From positions 541 through 64,540 of the forward strand of contig CAWACA010000009.1 of NCBI GenBank assembly GCA_963780385.1: a stretch of DNA of 64,000 nt, in the 5' to 3' direction. The translations under genes and the position numbers were made by a program. Below the pieces are notes generated by a model. The model did not search any database and was not told where the DNA came from. It saw only the letters and a program-made list of their open reading frames with translations. This document shows, piece by piece, positions 9,398-23,000 of the stretch (position 1 is the stretch's first letter; each line of letters begins with the position of its first letter). This DNA comes from an uncultured Thermoleophilia bacterium. Its GTDB lineage: Bacteria; Actinomycetota; Thermoleophilia; Gaiellales; Gaiellaceae.

Positions 9398-12300
9398 CCG
9401 GCGGGCCCCTGGTCGCGCAGCCGGGCGAGCAGCGTGTTGCGGACGAGCTCGGGCGACAGGGCGCCGGTCGCCTCGTCCCAGCCGTGACCGTTCCAGACCT
9501 CGAGCGAGCCGCGGGCAATACGGGCGTGGAGGACCGCGGCGCCCGCCGGCACCGGCGTAGGTCGCCGCGGCGGCTGGCATCCGCCGGGTCGTCGGTGACG
9601 ACGCCCGCGGGGCGCACCGAGTCGAGGAGCCCTCTCAGGTCGCTCTGGCCTCCCGGCAGGGCGAGGACCTCCGCGAACCCGCCGAGCGCCGACGAGAGCG
9701 CTTCGGTCACGAGCGGCGCGGCGGAGACGAGGGCGACCACCGGCCGCGGCTCGTGCGGCTCCGGGGTCATGCCGCCTCCGTCGAATGCCGTCGGGCTCCG
9801 TCCCGCGTGCAGCGCTGCGGCGGCTCTGCGGGACGGCAGCTCGAGCTTGCGCAGGATGTTCTGGACGTGGCGCTTGACGGTGAACACGGAGATCTCGAGC
9901 TCGCCGGCGATCTCGCGGTTCCGCAGGCCCGCGGCAACCAGCTCGAGCACGTGCCGCTCGCGATCGGAGAGCAGCGATTCCCGCGCCCGCTGCGCTTCGT
10001 GCGCCCGCTGCACGGCCGCCACGAGCAGGCCTGCGAGCTCCGGCTCGAGCGCCGGCTCGCCGATCGAGCACGCGGCGCAGCGCACCGAGCAGCTCGGCCG
10101 CGCCGATCGTCTTCGAGACGAAGCCGAGCGCGCCTGCCGAGACCGCGGCGAGGACGTCCTCGGGCGTCGGCCGGAGCGACCAGACGAGCGAGGGAACGGG
10201 CCGTGCCTGCTTCGCCAGGCGCTCGAGCGCGTGCGGGCCGCCGAGCGGCGGCAGCTCGAGATCGACGACGGCGACGTCGGTGGGCTCGGCCGCCACCAGT
10301 GCGAGGAGCTCGTCGAGATCCCGTGCTTCGCGGACGGCGAATGCCCGGTCCCGCTCGGCCACGACGCGCAGGCCGGCGCGGAAGACCGACGAGGGGTCGG
10401 CCACGACGACAAGCGGTCGTGTCACGCGACCGGCCCCCCGGCGCCGGCGAAGCTCCGTCCCGGGCTGGCGGCATGGCCGTTGTCCGAGGCGGTGTGGCCG
10501 TAGCCGTAGCCGTAGCCGTACGCCTGGCCGTAGCCGTCCTCGGCGCCCGCATCGGTGACGGCGAAGCCCAGCTTCTCGGCCGGGACTGCGTCGAGGATGC
10601 GATGCAGCTCCGCGAGCATGCCGCGCCGGATGACCTTGAGGCGGGTGACGATCAGCATCGCGTCGACGCGGGCCGAGAGCGCGAGGGCATCGCCGACGTT
10701 GAGAATCGGCGGCGCGTCGATCAGCACGAGGTCGAACCGCTCGCGGAGGTTGCGGAGAATCGCTCCGAGGGCCCTCGTGCCCACGAACTCGCCTGCGTCG
10801 GGCGGCACGGAGCCGCACGGGAGCACGGAGAGCTCAGCCGCCGGCCCTCCGATCGGTGTCCGCGCCGGTCCCGGGCGTGAGCTCGATCGGAACGAGCGCC
10901 TGCTCGACGTCGAGCCTGCCGACGGCGACGTCGGTGACCCCGGCACGTCCCTCCACCCCGAAGAAGCGGCCGACGAACGGGCGACGGAGGTCGAGGTCGA
11001 CGAGCGCAACCCGACGACCGGCCAGGGCGTAGGCAACGGCGAGGTTCGCGATCGTGGTCGACTTGCCCTCGGCCTGGACCGCGCTCGTCACCATGATCGT
11101 GCGGGCGCCGCGCTCGAGGTTCACGAACTCGACGTTGGTCCGCAGCATGCGGAACGCTTCCGCGGGGACGCCGCGCGGCTCGCTGAGCATGACCAGCTTG
11201 TCCGCCGACCGGAGGCGGCGGCTCGGCTGCGGCAAGCCGTGCGAGCAGGGGGAGACCGAGCGTTGCGCCGATCTCCTCCGCGGAGCGGACGCGCGTGTCC
11301 AGGGCCTGCCACAGGAACGCGAGCATGATTCCGAGCAGGAGGCCGAGCGCCGCGCCGATGAGCCCGTTGCGCACGGGCGTCGGACGCACCTGATCGGCGC
11401 GCTCTGCGCTGCGCACGAGGAACGCGTTGGACGTCTGGAGCGCCTCCATCGTCCGCAGCTGCTGCTCCTTGTCGACGAGGCTGGCGTACAGCGCCGACGC
11501 GTGATCGCCCTGGGCCTCGAGCTCGGTGATCTGGGCCTCGACCTCATCCTGGGCGAGGCCGAGCGCATGCGTGTCGAGCTCGAGGCGGTACTTGGTGAAC
11601 TGCCCGGCGTACTCGGTCGCGAGCTGCTCCGCCTGCTCGCGGCTCTCGTTCTTCACCGTGAACTCGATGCAGGTCGGCGTTCCGCTGGGCGTTGACGCTC
11701 GAGGACTCGAGGAACTCCCGCACGGTGAGCCCCTCGACGCCGACCGCATCGATCGTGCGCTGCGCGACGTCCGGCACCCGGGCGAGCTGCGCTTGCGTCT
11801 CGGCGACGCGCTCGGCCTGCTGGTAGACGGTCGGGTCCTGCGTTCCGGTGAGCGTGGCGGCGAGGTTCTGGCGGGAGAGCAGCACCTCCGCGGACGCTTC
11901 GTAGAGCGGGGGCTGCCGGAGCGAGAGGAGCACCGCGGCAGCCGGAGCGAGCACGAGGGCGGCCAGAACGACCCACTTGTGCCGCAGAATGACGCGGAGG
12001 TAGTCCCGTAGGGTCGCCGCGTCGTTGAGCCTGAGTCGTTGCATGGTCACGCCTCCGAGGTGGGGTGGTCCTCCCATGGTTCGGCTGCGAAGGGGGGTGA
12101 CTTGAGGGCCGGATTCGCGTAGCTCCGGCCACCCGATCGGGGGAGGCGGCTTCGGCGTCCGGGTGAGGCGCCGCGCGGGCCGGCTAGCCGGTCGCGGCGC
12201 GCAGGAGTGCCGGCCGCATGGCCTCGATCGTGGCGAGGAACGCGGCCGCAAGGCCTTCGGCAGGGCCCGCGTCGCGTCGGCGGATCGCAACGATCTGCCG

Positions 12301-15300
12301 GCGGACGGGCGGGGCGTCGGCGATGTGCACCGCGTGCAGCGTGCCCGCCTCGAGCTCCTCCGAGGCCGCCGTCTTCGGCACCATCGCGACGCCGAGCCCC
12401 TGCCGGACCATCTTCTTCGTCGCGTCGATGTTGTCGAGCTCCATGACGCCGCGCGGCACAACGCCGGCCTCCCGGAAGAACGCCTCGGTCAGGTCGTGGT
12501 AGCTCGACGTCCGGTCGAACAGGATCACCCGCTCCCCGCCGATCTCCTCGACGCTTATCTCTGGCCGCCGAGCGAACGGATGTGCCGGGTCGCAGACGAG
12601 CACGAGCTCGTCCTCGTACAGCGCCGTGCTTGCGATGTTCGGGTGCCGAAGCGCCCGGATGAGGCCGAGCTCGACCTCCTCCCGCAGGACGAGCTCGAGA
12701 ATCTCCTCGGAATGGCCGGTCCGCACCGCGAGCTGGACGTTCGGGTAGCTCCGGTGGTAGCGGTCGAGGATCGCCGGCAGCACGTAGGTCGAGACTGCCG
12801 GCGCCGCGCCGAGGGCGAGCTCGCCGGCGCCTCCCCGGGCGAGCTCCGCGACGCAGGTGCCGGCCTTCGGCGATCGTCTGCAGCGAGCGCTGTGCGTAGG
12901 GAAGAAGGGCGCGACCGGCCTCCGTGAGGCGGACGCCGCGACCGGTTCTGACGAAGAGCTCGGTGTCCAGCTCGCGCTCGAGGCCCTTGAGACGAGCCGT
13001 AAGCGCCGGCTGGGTCAGGAAGAGCGCCTCGGCCGCGCGCGTGACCGAGCCGCGGCGGGCGATCTCGACGAAGCCCTCGAGCTGCGCGAGCAGCATCGCG
13101 ACAAGATATCAGCAATATCTATGAAACTGATCATTAAGAACAATTGGCGTGATGAATTCACCACTCCTACACTGAGATCGAACCCAACGTTATTGCCGAA
13201 GGGGCAACGCTGTTGCCCGACGGTCAACGGAGGAGGCAGACGGTGAGCGCATTGGCCCCCAGCATCGAGAACGAGGCTTCGACGCCGGCGGCGATCGCGG
13301 CCGAGCTCCCGGAGGGCTTGGCGGCGGGCATCCCGGCGGGCCTGCCTCGCGTCGACGGCGCGAGCCGCGGCGAGTGCACCTGCCCCGGGGACTGCGTCCG
13401 CGATCACCCCAACGAGTAGACACACGGAGAAGGAGGCGGGACGATGACCCATGTCGAGGAGCTTCGGAGCGAGAGGACGGTCGAGCTGGCGCCGACGCCG
13501 CTGCTTCCGGACGGATACGTCGTTCCCGCGTCGCGCTGGACGAACCCTTCGACCCGGATGCGCGAGCTCCTCGAGACCGAGCCCTACCTCTTCGGCCCCG
13601 GCGTCTACGACCCGATGGGCGCCCAGCTCGCGATGTACTACGGCTTCAAGGCCGTCTACTTCTCGGGCTACTCGTTCGCCATCGGCCACCTCGGCACGAC
13701 CGACATGGACATCTACGACTCGGTCGAGATCGCCGACGGCGCCCGGCGCACGGTGTCGGCGCTGCGGAAGTTCCAGCTCACGATGGCCGTTGGCGACCCG
13801 GAGAAGGGCATCGCGCCGAGCCACCTCGAGATCCCGCCGGTCATCGTCGACATGGACGGCGGCTACGGCAACATCTTCAACGTCAGCGCACGACCGAGCT
13901 GTACGTCAACGCGGGCGTCGCCGCGGCCCACATCGAAGATCAGGTGCTTCCGAAGCGCTGCGGCCACATCGGCGGCAAGGCGCTCATTCCGGCGAACGAG
14001 ATGGTCGGCAAGCTGCGCATGGCACGCGCGGTCGCCGACGACTGCGGCAACGAGGACTTCGTGATCATCGCCCGCACCGACGGCCTCTCGGCCGTCGACG
14101 CGCCCGAGTCGAAGCGCGGCCTCGACCTCGCGGTCGAACGGGGCCTGCGCTACCTCGACACGGGCATTCCAGACCTGCTCTGGTGCGAGTTCCCGACGTC
14201 GGAGCGCGGCGCCGCTCGAGACGTTCGCCGACGCAGATCTCGCCGGCGCTTCCCGGATGCCCGGTTCGCGTTCAACTGGTCGAGCTCGTTCAAGTGGTTC
14301 AACGACCCGGACCCGATCACGTTCGCCCAGCTCGGCGAGCTGGGCTTCAAGTTCATCTTCATCACCCTCGGCGGCCAGCACGCGATGGGCCACGGCCTGT
14401 CGCAGCTCCTGCAGCGGATGGGCGAGGTCCAGGAGCAGGCTACATCGAGCTGCAGCGCAAGGAGTGGGCCGACGGCGAGGACTTCCCGACCCGGAGCCAC
14501 CACTTCTTCTCAGGCGTGCCGTACCACCATCTCGTCGGCAAGGAGTTCGACGCCGCACGCCTGGGCCAGGAGTTCGTGGAGGAGCTTCCGGACGATCAGG
14601 TCGTGTAGCCGGCGGCACCGCGGAGGGCTCCGAGCGCCGCGAGCTCCTCGCGCACGACGGCGAGCGCCGCTGCGAGCCGCTTGCGATTCTCCGGAGCGTT
14701 CAGCCAGCCGCTCGCGCCGGAGGGGTGCGGGAGCGGGATCGCAACCGCGTCAGCGAGAGGGAGACGCTCGCCCACCTGGTCGGTGAGGCGTCGGATTCCG
14801 AGCACCTGACGCGCCGCCAGCCCGCCGACGCAGAGAACCAGCCTGGGTCGCAGTAACCGCAGGTCGGCGTCGAGCCACGGCCGGCAGAGCGCGATCTCGG
14901 CGGGAGTCGGCGCGCGATCGCCGCGCCCGCCGGGGTCGCGACCCGGGTCGCAGCGCGTGACGGAGCAGCAGTAGAAGGTCGTGTAGAACGTCGGCTCGTC
15001 CATCTCCAGCCAGCGGCGCAGCGTCCGTCCGGCGCGCCCTCGCCAGGGGCGGCCCTCGAGCCCCTCCACGCTGCCTGGGGCCTGTCCGACGATCATCGCG
15101 AGCTGCCCGAGCGCGGGCTCGACGACCGGCATGGACGCGAGCGGAAAGCCTGCCTCCACGCAGCGCCGGCAGCGCCGGTTGTCGCGAACGAGCGAGGCCG
15201 CCGAGCGGTACCGACGCAACGGAACCGTGGGGATGGCCGTCGGCGTTGGGGACGGCCGTGACGCTTTCGACACGCTTCCGGCGCGCTCCGTCATGGTGGG

Positions 15301-18300
15301 TCACACACCTGTGCGCTCCCCGGCGCTACGCTCGAAAGCGGGTGGAGGCGTGGGGTGGCCCCGGAGGGCTTCTCGCACAACGCGAGCACCGACCTAGACT
15401 AGCCCTCCGTGTCGCTCCCGCTCGAGTCGGTTCCCAATTTCTCGGCCGCCCGCGACGCAGCGACGGTGGCCGAGCTCCGTGATGCTCTGTCCCGGCCGGC
15501 GCGGCTCCTCGACACGCACGTCGATGCCGACCACAATCGCTCGGTCTTCACGATTGTCGGCGACGGGGCCGACCTCGTCGAGACGCTCCTGGCGGGTATC
15601 CGCGTAGCGGTCGAACGCGTCGACCTTCGAAGCCACGAGGGGGTTCACCCGCGGGTCGGCGCGGCGGACGTCGTGCCGATCGTTCCGATCCGGGCGGATG
15701 ACGAGCCGCGCGCGCGAGAGGCGGCGCTCTACGCTCGCCCGTCGCGCCGCCGCCGATCTCGAGCTGCCGATCTTCCTCTACGGAGCGTTGACCGACGATC
15801 GCCGACCTCCCGCATTCTTCCGCCGCGGCGGCCCGAGTGAGCTACAGCGACGGATCGCGCGACGGCGAGCTGACGCCTGACTTCGGGCCCTCGCAGCTGC
15901 ATCCGAGCGCCGGCGGCCACACTCATCGGAGTCCGACCGCCGCTCGTCGCCTTCAACGTCAATCTGCGCTCCCTCGATCTCGCCGTGGCGAAGGAGATCG
16001 CTGCACTGATCCGCGAGCGCGACGGCGGGCTGCCCGGCGTACGCGCGTTGGGCCTCGCCTTGCCGCGCGCGGGCCTCGTCCAGGTGAGCATGAATCTCGA
16101 GGACTGGACAAAAACGGCGCCCCATATGGTCGTCGAGAGGATCCGCAGCGAGGCCGCCGCCCGCGGGGTCGAGATCGAGGGCAGCGAGCTGGTCGGCCTC
16201 ATGCCGGCGGGTGCCGCCGTCGCAGCTGCAGGCGAGCAGCTCATCCTTGCCGGCTTCGACCAGAGCCGGGTGCTCGAGTTGCGGCTGCTCGATGACTGAC
16301 GCCGTCCTCCTGACCGGACGGGCGCTCGACGCCGAGCTCGTCTGGCAGATCGGGGTCGAGGGCGCCGGTATCTCGCTGGACCCGGAAGCGCTCGACGCCG
16401 TTCGGCGCAACCGGGCGGCGCTCGAGATCGCGATCGAGCGGGGCGACCCGATCTACGGCGTGACAACGGGGCTGGGAGCGCTGGTGCGTGAACGCGTGTC
16501 GTTCGACGAGGCCGCGGCGATGCAGCGCGATGTGCTCCGCAGCCATGCCGCGGGCGTCGGTGACGCCGCTCCCGCCGGAAGTCGTCCGCGCCGCCGTCGC
16601 CATCCGCATCAACGGACTTCTCCGAGCCCATTCCGGAGTACGGCCGGTCGTCGTCGAGCAGGCGGCGGCGCTTCTCAACAGCGGAATCGTGCCGAGGGTC
16701 CCGCGCACAGGGTCACTCGGGTCGAGCGGCGATCTCGCTCCCTCCGCTCACGCATTTCTTCCGTTGATCGGCGAGGGCGAGGTGCTCGACTCGACCGGCC
16801 ACGGCCGACCGGCCGCGGACGCTCTTCGCCACTCCGACATCGAGCCGCTCGAGCTCGCCGCGAAGGAGGCGCTCGCGCTCGTCAACGGCACGCATTTCAT
16901 GGCCGCGATCGGCTCGATCCTCACGGTTCGCTGCGCGCGGCTCGCCGATTGCGCGGACGGGATTGCCGCGCTTTCGCTCGAGGCGATACGGGGCGAGCCC
17001 GGCGCCTTCGACGCCGACGTCCACGCCTTGCGTCCCGTGCCCGGGCAGGAGCGCTCCGCCGCGATCGTTCGAGCCCTGACGGCAGGTTCGGAGCGGATCG
17101 GGTCGCGGGAGCGCGACCTCCAGGACGCCTACTCGTTCCGCTGCGCGCCGCAGGTACACGGCGCCGCGCGGGAAGGGCTCGCGTTTCTCCGGCGACTCGT
17201 CGAGATCGATCTGAACGCCGCGACCGACAACCCGCTCGTCTTCGACGAGCCTTCGAGAGTCGTCTCCGCCGGAAACTTTCACGGGCAGAGCCTGGCGCTG
17301 GCATTCGACACGCTGCGGATTGCTCTCGCCGATCTCGGCTCGATCTCCGAGCGTCGCACCTTCCGGCTACTGTCGCCGTCGCTCAACTTCGGGCTCCCGG
17401 CCTTTCTCACGCCCGATGCCGGGAGCTCGAGCGGCTACATGGTGGTCCAGTACACGGCGGCAGCACTGCTTTCCGAGCTGCGGGCGCTCGCTCACCCGGT
17501 GAGCCTGGACACGGTGCCGACCTCGGACAATCAGGAGGATCACGTGAGCATGGGGATGACCGCGGCGCTCCTCGCGCTCCAGTCGACCGAGCGGCTCGAG
17601 CTCGTGCTCGCGATAGAGGCGCTCTGTGCGGCGCAGGCGCTCGAGCTCGTTCCCGGACGACCGGGAGACGGTGCCGCGGAGGTGCACCGGCTGGTCCGTG
17701 AGCACGTGCCGCCGCTCGTCGAGGATCGGCCGCCCGGCGCCGATGTGGAGGCTGTTCGTGCGCTGATCGCCTCGGGCGATCTCGCGCTGGCGGTCGCCCG
17801 CTTCGTCGGCGAGTAGACTCGCTCCTCCTCGTGGGCACGCTCGCCGTCCGCCGACTGCGCGATCTCTCGCCCGAGGATCGGCGCACCCTTTTCGAGCGCG
17901 CGACGGCCCGCGTCTTCGAGCCTGAGTTGACGGCGTCGGTGCAGGCGATCGTCGAGGACGTTCGCGCCCGCGGGGATGCGGCAGTATGCGATGCGTTGGC
18001 GCGTTTCGACGGCGTCGAGCTCCCGCCGGAGCGCCTTCGGGTCACGGAGGACGAGATCTCCGCCGCGGAGCGGGACGTCTCGGACGAGTTGCTCGATGCG
18101 ATTCGAGTTGGGTTGGCGAACATCCGGGCGTTCAACGAGCGGCTGCTCGAGGGCTGCTCCTGGACGGACGAGCTCGCGCCGGGCCTGCTCGTGGGCGAGC
18201 GGGCCGGGCCGATCGCATCGGCGGGGCTGTTCGTGCCCGCCGGCAAGGGGTCCTTTCCGTCGGTGCTCATGCACCTGGGAGGCCCGGCGGTTGCCGCAGG

Positions 18301-19991
18301 CGTACCGGAGATCGTGGTGCTGACGCCGCCGCTCGCCGAGCGCGCCGGCGAGGTCGACCCGGCCGTTCTCGCAGTTGCCGGCGAGCTGGGACTGCGACAG
18401 GTTTTCCGTGTCAACGGCCCTGCCGGAATCGCTGCGTGCGCCTTCGGTACGGAGACGATTCCGGCCGTCGTCAAGGTCGTGGGGCCGGGGAGCCCCGCCG
18501 TGACAGCGGCGCAAATCCTGGTGCAGGCCTACGGCTGTTCAACCGCGATGCTGTTCGGGCCTTCCGAGAGCCTCGTCATCGCGGACGACACGGCGGATCT
18601 CTCGCTGCTGGCGGCGGACCTGATCAACGAGGCCGAGCACGGGGACGACTCGGCCGCCCTGCTCGTCACGTGGTCGGAGCAGCTCGTGAAAGAGGTCGAC
18701 GCCGAGGTGGAACGGCAGCTTGCCGACCTTCCTGAATGGCGGCGGAGGTTCGCGGAGGCGGCCCTGTCACGCTACGGCGGGGCCGTGCTCGTGCGCGACC
18801 TGGACGAGGCGTGCGACTTCGCGAACGCGTACGCGCCCGAGCACCTGCAGCTCGCCGTCCGCGATCCGGACGATCTCCTCACACGGGTCGAGCATGCAGG
18901 CGAGATCCTGCTCGGCCAGACTCCGTTTGCCGCGGCGAACTACCTCCTGGGCGTCCCGAACACCCTTCCGACAGGCGGCTACGCCCGCCTCTCCTCGGGC
19001 GTGACCGCGCGGACGTTCGTCAAGGCGAGCTCGGTCGCCCGCGTATCCCGCGAGGCGCTGGCACGTCTCGCGCCGGGCGTGATGGCGCTCGCTCGGCACG
19101 AGGGCTTTCCCGCGCACGAAGCCGCGATTCGAGCTCGCGGGTTGTAGCTCTCCCGAGCGAGGTCCCGCGCTCATCGAGGCGGGCCGCTGAGCAGGCCGGA
19201 GCCGGGCGCTGCCCGGGTGGGCCTGCTGCCGGTGAGCATCGGAGCCGGGACGAGGGTGAGCGCGCGAAGCTGCCGATCGGGGTAGCGCCAGGCCGTCTGC
19301 GCGGCGCGAGCATGCGGACGGCCGGCGGCATTTGGGCAGATTCGGCACGACCTCGTCACGGAGTCGTCGCACCGTGCGTACCACTCGCGCGCGAAACGCC
19401 AATATCCTGGAAGCGGGAGGCGGGCGGGGCACCCAATCCAGCGCCGATTTCCGGCGGGGAGTCTGCGATGGAGCTGCGTTGCTCGAGCCGGTGCAGTGGC
19501 GATGCCGCCCGGGCGCAGACGACGAGCAAGCGTCGGCGGATGCGGTCATAAGATGGCCGCGTGAGGATCGGACATTGAGCCGTGAGGCTCGTACCGAGGC
19601 GCTCGTCGCGCGCCTGTGCGGCGATCTCTCGAACGTGCGATCCCCACGTGGCAGCGACCTCAACGCGCGCTCATGGCAAACCGAGGCGCCGCTGCGCATG
19701 CTTCTGAACAACCTCGATCCCGAGGTCGCCGAGCATCCGGAACGTCTCGTCGTCTACGGAGGCTCAGGGAGGGCGGCGCGCAGCCATGAAGCCCTCAAGG
19801 GCATCGTTCGAGCGCTGCTCGAGCTCGCCGACGACGAGACACTGCTCGTCCAGAGCGGCAAGGCGGTCGGCATCTTTCGCACCCATCCGGCGGCTCCCCG
19901 GGTGCTGATCGCGAACGCTCTGCTGGTGCCCCGCTGGGCAACGCTCGAGGAGTTCCGTCGGCTGGAGGGGCTCGGGTTGACGATGTTCGGT

Positions 19992-20023
<32 letters not shown>

Positions 20024-23000
20024 AACGCAGGGGATTCTCCAGGGCACGTATCAGACGTTCTGTGCGGCCGGGGAGAAGCATTTCGGCACGGCCGATCTGG
20101 CAGGTCGGACGATCCTGACGGCCGGCCTCGGCGGCATGGGAGGCGCGCAGCCGCTCGCCGCAACGATGGCGGGCGCAGCCATCCTGTGCGTCGAGGTCGA
20201 CCCGTCACGGATCGCCCGGCGCCTCGACATGAAGTACCTCGACGAGGCAACCGAGTCGCTCGACGAGGCGCTGGAACGTGTGCGCGCCGCGGCAGAGGAT
20301 CGCCGGCCGCTATCGATCGGGCTGCTCGGGAACGCCGCGGTGGTGTTTCCGGAGCTCGCCCGCCGGGGGGTGCGCTTCGACCTGGTCACCGACCAGACCG
20401 CGGCTCACGATCCACTTATCGGATACATCCCCAGCGAGCTGCCGTTCGAGGAGGCAGCCCGCTTCCGCGAGCAGCGTCCCGACGAGTACCTGAGGCTTGC
20501 CCGCGAGTCGATTGCGGTGCACGTCCAGGCGATGCTCGCGTTCGTCCGGTCGGGCAGCTATGTTTTCGATTATGGCAACAACCTGAGAGGGGAGGCGCGC
20601 GAGGCAGGAGTCGAAGACGCATTCACATATCCGGGCTTCGTCCCGGCGTACATCCGGCCGCTCTTCTGCCGCGGCATCGGGCCGTTTCGGTGGGCGGCAC
20701 TGTCCGGCGACCCGGCGGACATCGCGGTGATCGATGCCGAGCTCAGGGAGCTGTTTCCGGAGGACGCTCTTCTCCAGCGATGGCTCGATCTCGCCGGTCG
20801 ACGCGTGTCGTTCCAGGGGCTGCCGGCGCGCATCTGCTGGCTCGGCTACGGCGACCGCGCGCGGGCGGGGCATGCCATCAACGAGCTGGTCGCGAGCGGA
20901 CGAGTGCAGGCCCCGGTCGTCATCGGTCGTGACCATCTCGACTCGGGGTCGGTGGCGTCGCCGTTCCGGGAGACCGAGGCAATGGTGGACGGCAGCGACG
21001 CCATCGCCGACTGGCCGATTCTCAACGCCCTGGTGAACACCGCCGCCGGCGCCACCTGGGTGTCGGTCCATCACGGCGGCGGAGTCGGGATCGGAAACTC
21101 GATCCATGCCGGCATGGTGGTGGTCGCCGACGGCACCACCGAGGCTGCCGAGCGCCTGGAGCGGGTGCTTACGACCGACCCGGGCACGGGTGTGATCCGT
21201 CATGCCGACGCGGGCTACCCCGAAGCCCTCGCGGCGGTCGGCGAGCACGGGCTCGGGTTGCCGTAGGCGGAACTGACGCGCGGGCCCCGCGCCGCTCTCT
21301 CGGCGCGCGGCGGCACCCCATCAGGCTCACGGCTCGCTCCGGATGTCCAGGGCGCCCGCGGGGCGCCACGACGGCGCTCGTTCGCCACTGTCCGGCGCGG
21401 GCCGCCTTGCCGAGGCATGGACGCCGGCCGGCGTCGGCATAGGCGACGGGTCGCGCGTGAACGCCTGCGATAATCGCTTCGTGTGATGGTCGTCGTCGCA
21501 GACGTGGCCTGGTGGGCGCCGCTCGCCATCATCGGGGGTGCCGTCGCGGGGCTCGCTGCCGGCTACGCGCTGCTCGAGCTGGCGGGCGGGTCACGCGGGG
21601 GCGGTCGAAACACCTCGGACCGGATCGGCTACGAGCGCACCGACAAGACGAACTATCCGAAGCTGAACCTGGCGGCGTTCGTGTTCTTCCTCGGGGTCGT
21701 GGCGCTCATCGTCGGGTTGTCGATCGGCCTCTCGAACGACTGACGCGAGTTGCGTTCCGCTGCCTGCCGTCGGCGGCCCGCGCCCCACGGCAGCAGCGAG
21801 GGCTGGTAGCACCGTGACGCCAGCCGGGCTGCGATAATCGAGGCGATGGCCACGAAGAAGCAGCGCCGCCGGCGGTCGAAGCTCCAGCGGCACGAGTACG
21901 AGTACGTGGTCGAGACCGACGAGGGCGAGGAGGTCGTCGAGGCGCCCCGGCCCAGCCGCGCGAAGGACGGCGCTGGGTCGAAGGTGCCGCCCGGCGCAGT
22001 GGTCGATCGCCGGGGCCGGGTGGTCCCGCCGCCTTCCTGGCAGCGCGTGTTCAAGCGAGCGGCGATTTTCGGGCCGATCATGTTCGTCCTGCTCTTCGCG
22101 CTCGGCGGCAACAGCGTGTCGACGCAGGCGAAGATCCTGAACGCCGTCTTCCTCGTGGTCGTGTTCATCCCGTTCAGCTATCTCACCGACCGTCTGATCT
22201 ACCGGTCGGTGCAGAAACGCCAGCAGCGCGACTCGGGTCGCTGAGCGCCCCGGGGGCAGAGGCTGCGCCGAGCCTCCGAAGCGCCCGTGCCGCGGCGCGC
22301 CCGTACCCCTCTAGACTCACGCGGATGAGCCTGGACGTCGTACAGCTCCCACTCGGCCCGATCGAGACGAACTGCTACCTCGTGCGACTGCCGGGCGCTC
22401 CGGAGGCTGTCGTCGTCGATCCAAGCGGCCCTGCGACCGAGATCCGGCTCGAGCTGGCGGGCCGCGGAGCCCAGCTGTGTCGCGATCCTGGTAACGCACG
22501 GCCACTGGGATCATCTCGGAGGCATCGCGGACCTCGCCGAGGGCACCGGCGCGCCGGTACACATGGCCGAGACCGAACGCGAGCTGCTCGAGCGTGCCGC
22601 CGACTTCACTCCGCCCGGGGTGTACGTGCGTCCGTACTCCCCGGACGTCCTGCTCGCCGGTGACGAAACCCTCGACCTCGCGGGGATCGCGTTCGAGACC
22701 ATCCCTGTGCCGGGCCACTCTCCGGGCCACGTCGCGTTCGCGGCCGACGGGGCTCTGTTCTCGGGGGATGTCCTCTTTGCCGGCTCGGTCGGCCGCACGG
22801 ATCTGCCCGGCGCGAGCTGGGAGACGCTGGCGGCCTCCATCGCCGCCCTGCTCGACCGGCTCCCGGCGGAGACCGTCGTCTACCCGGGGCACGGCCCGGC
22901 GACGACGCTCGGCCAGGAGCTCGAGACGAACCCGTTCCTCGCCGAATTGCGCGCCGCGCGGTCCTGACGGCCGAGCCGTGAAGATCGAGGCTCCGCGCGG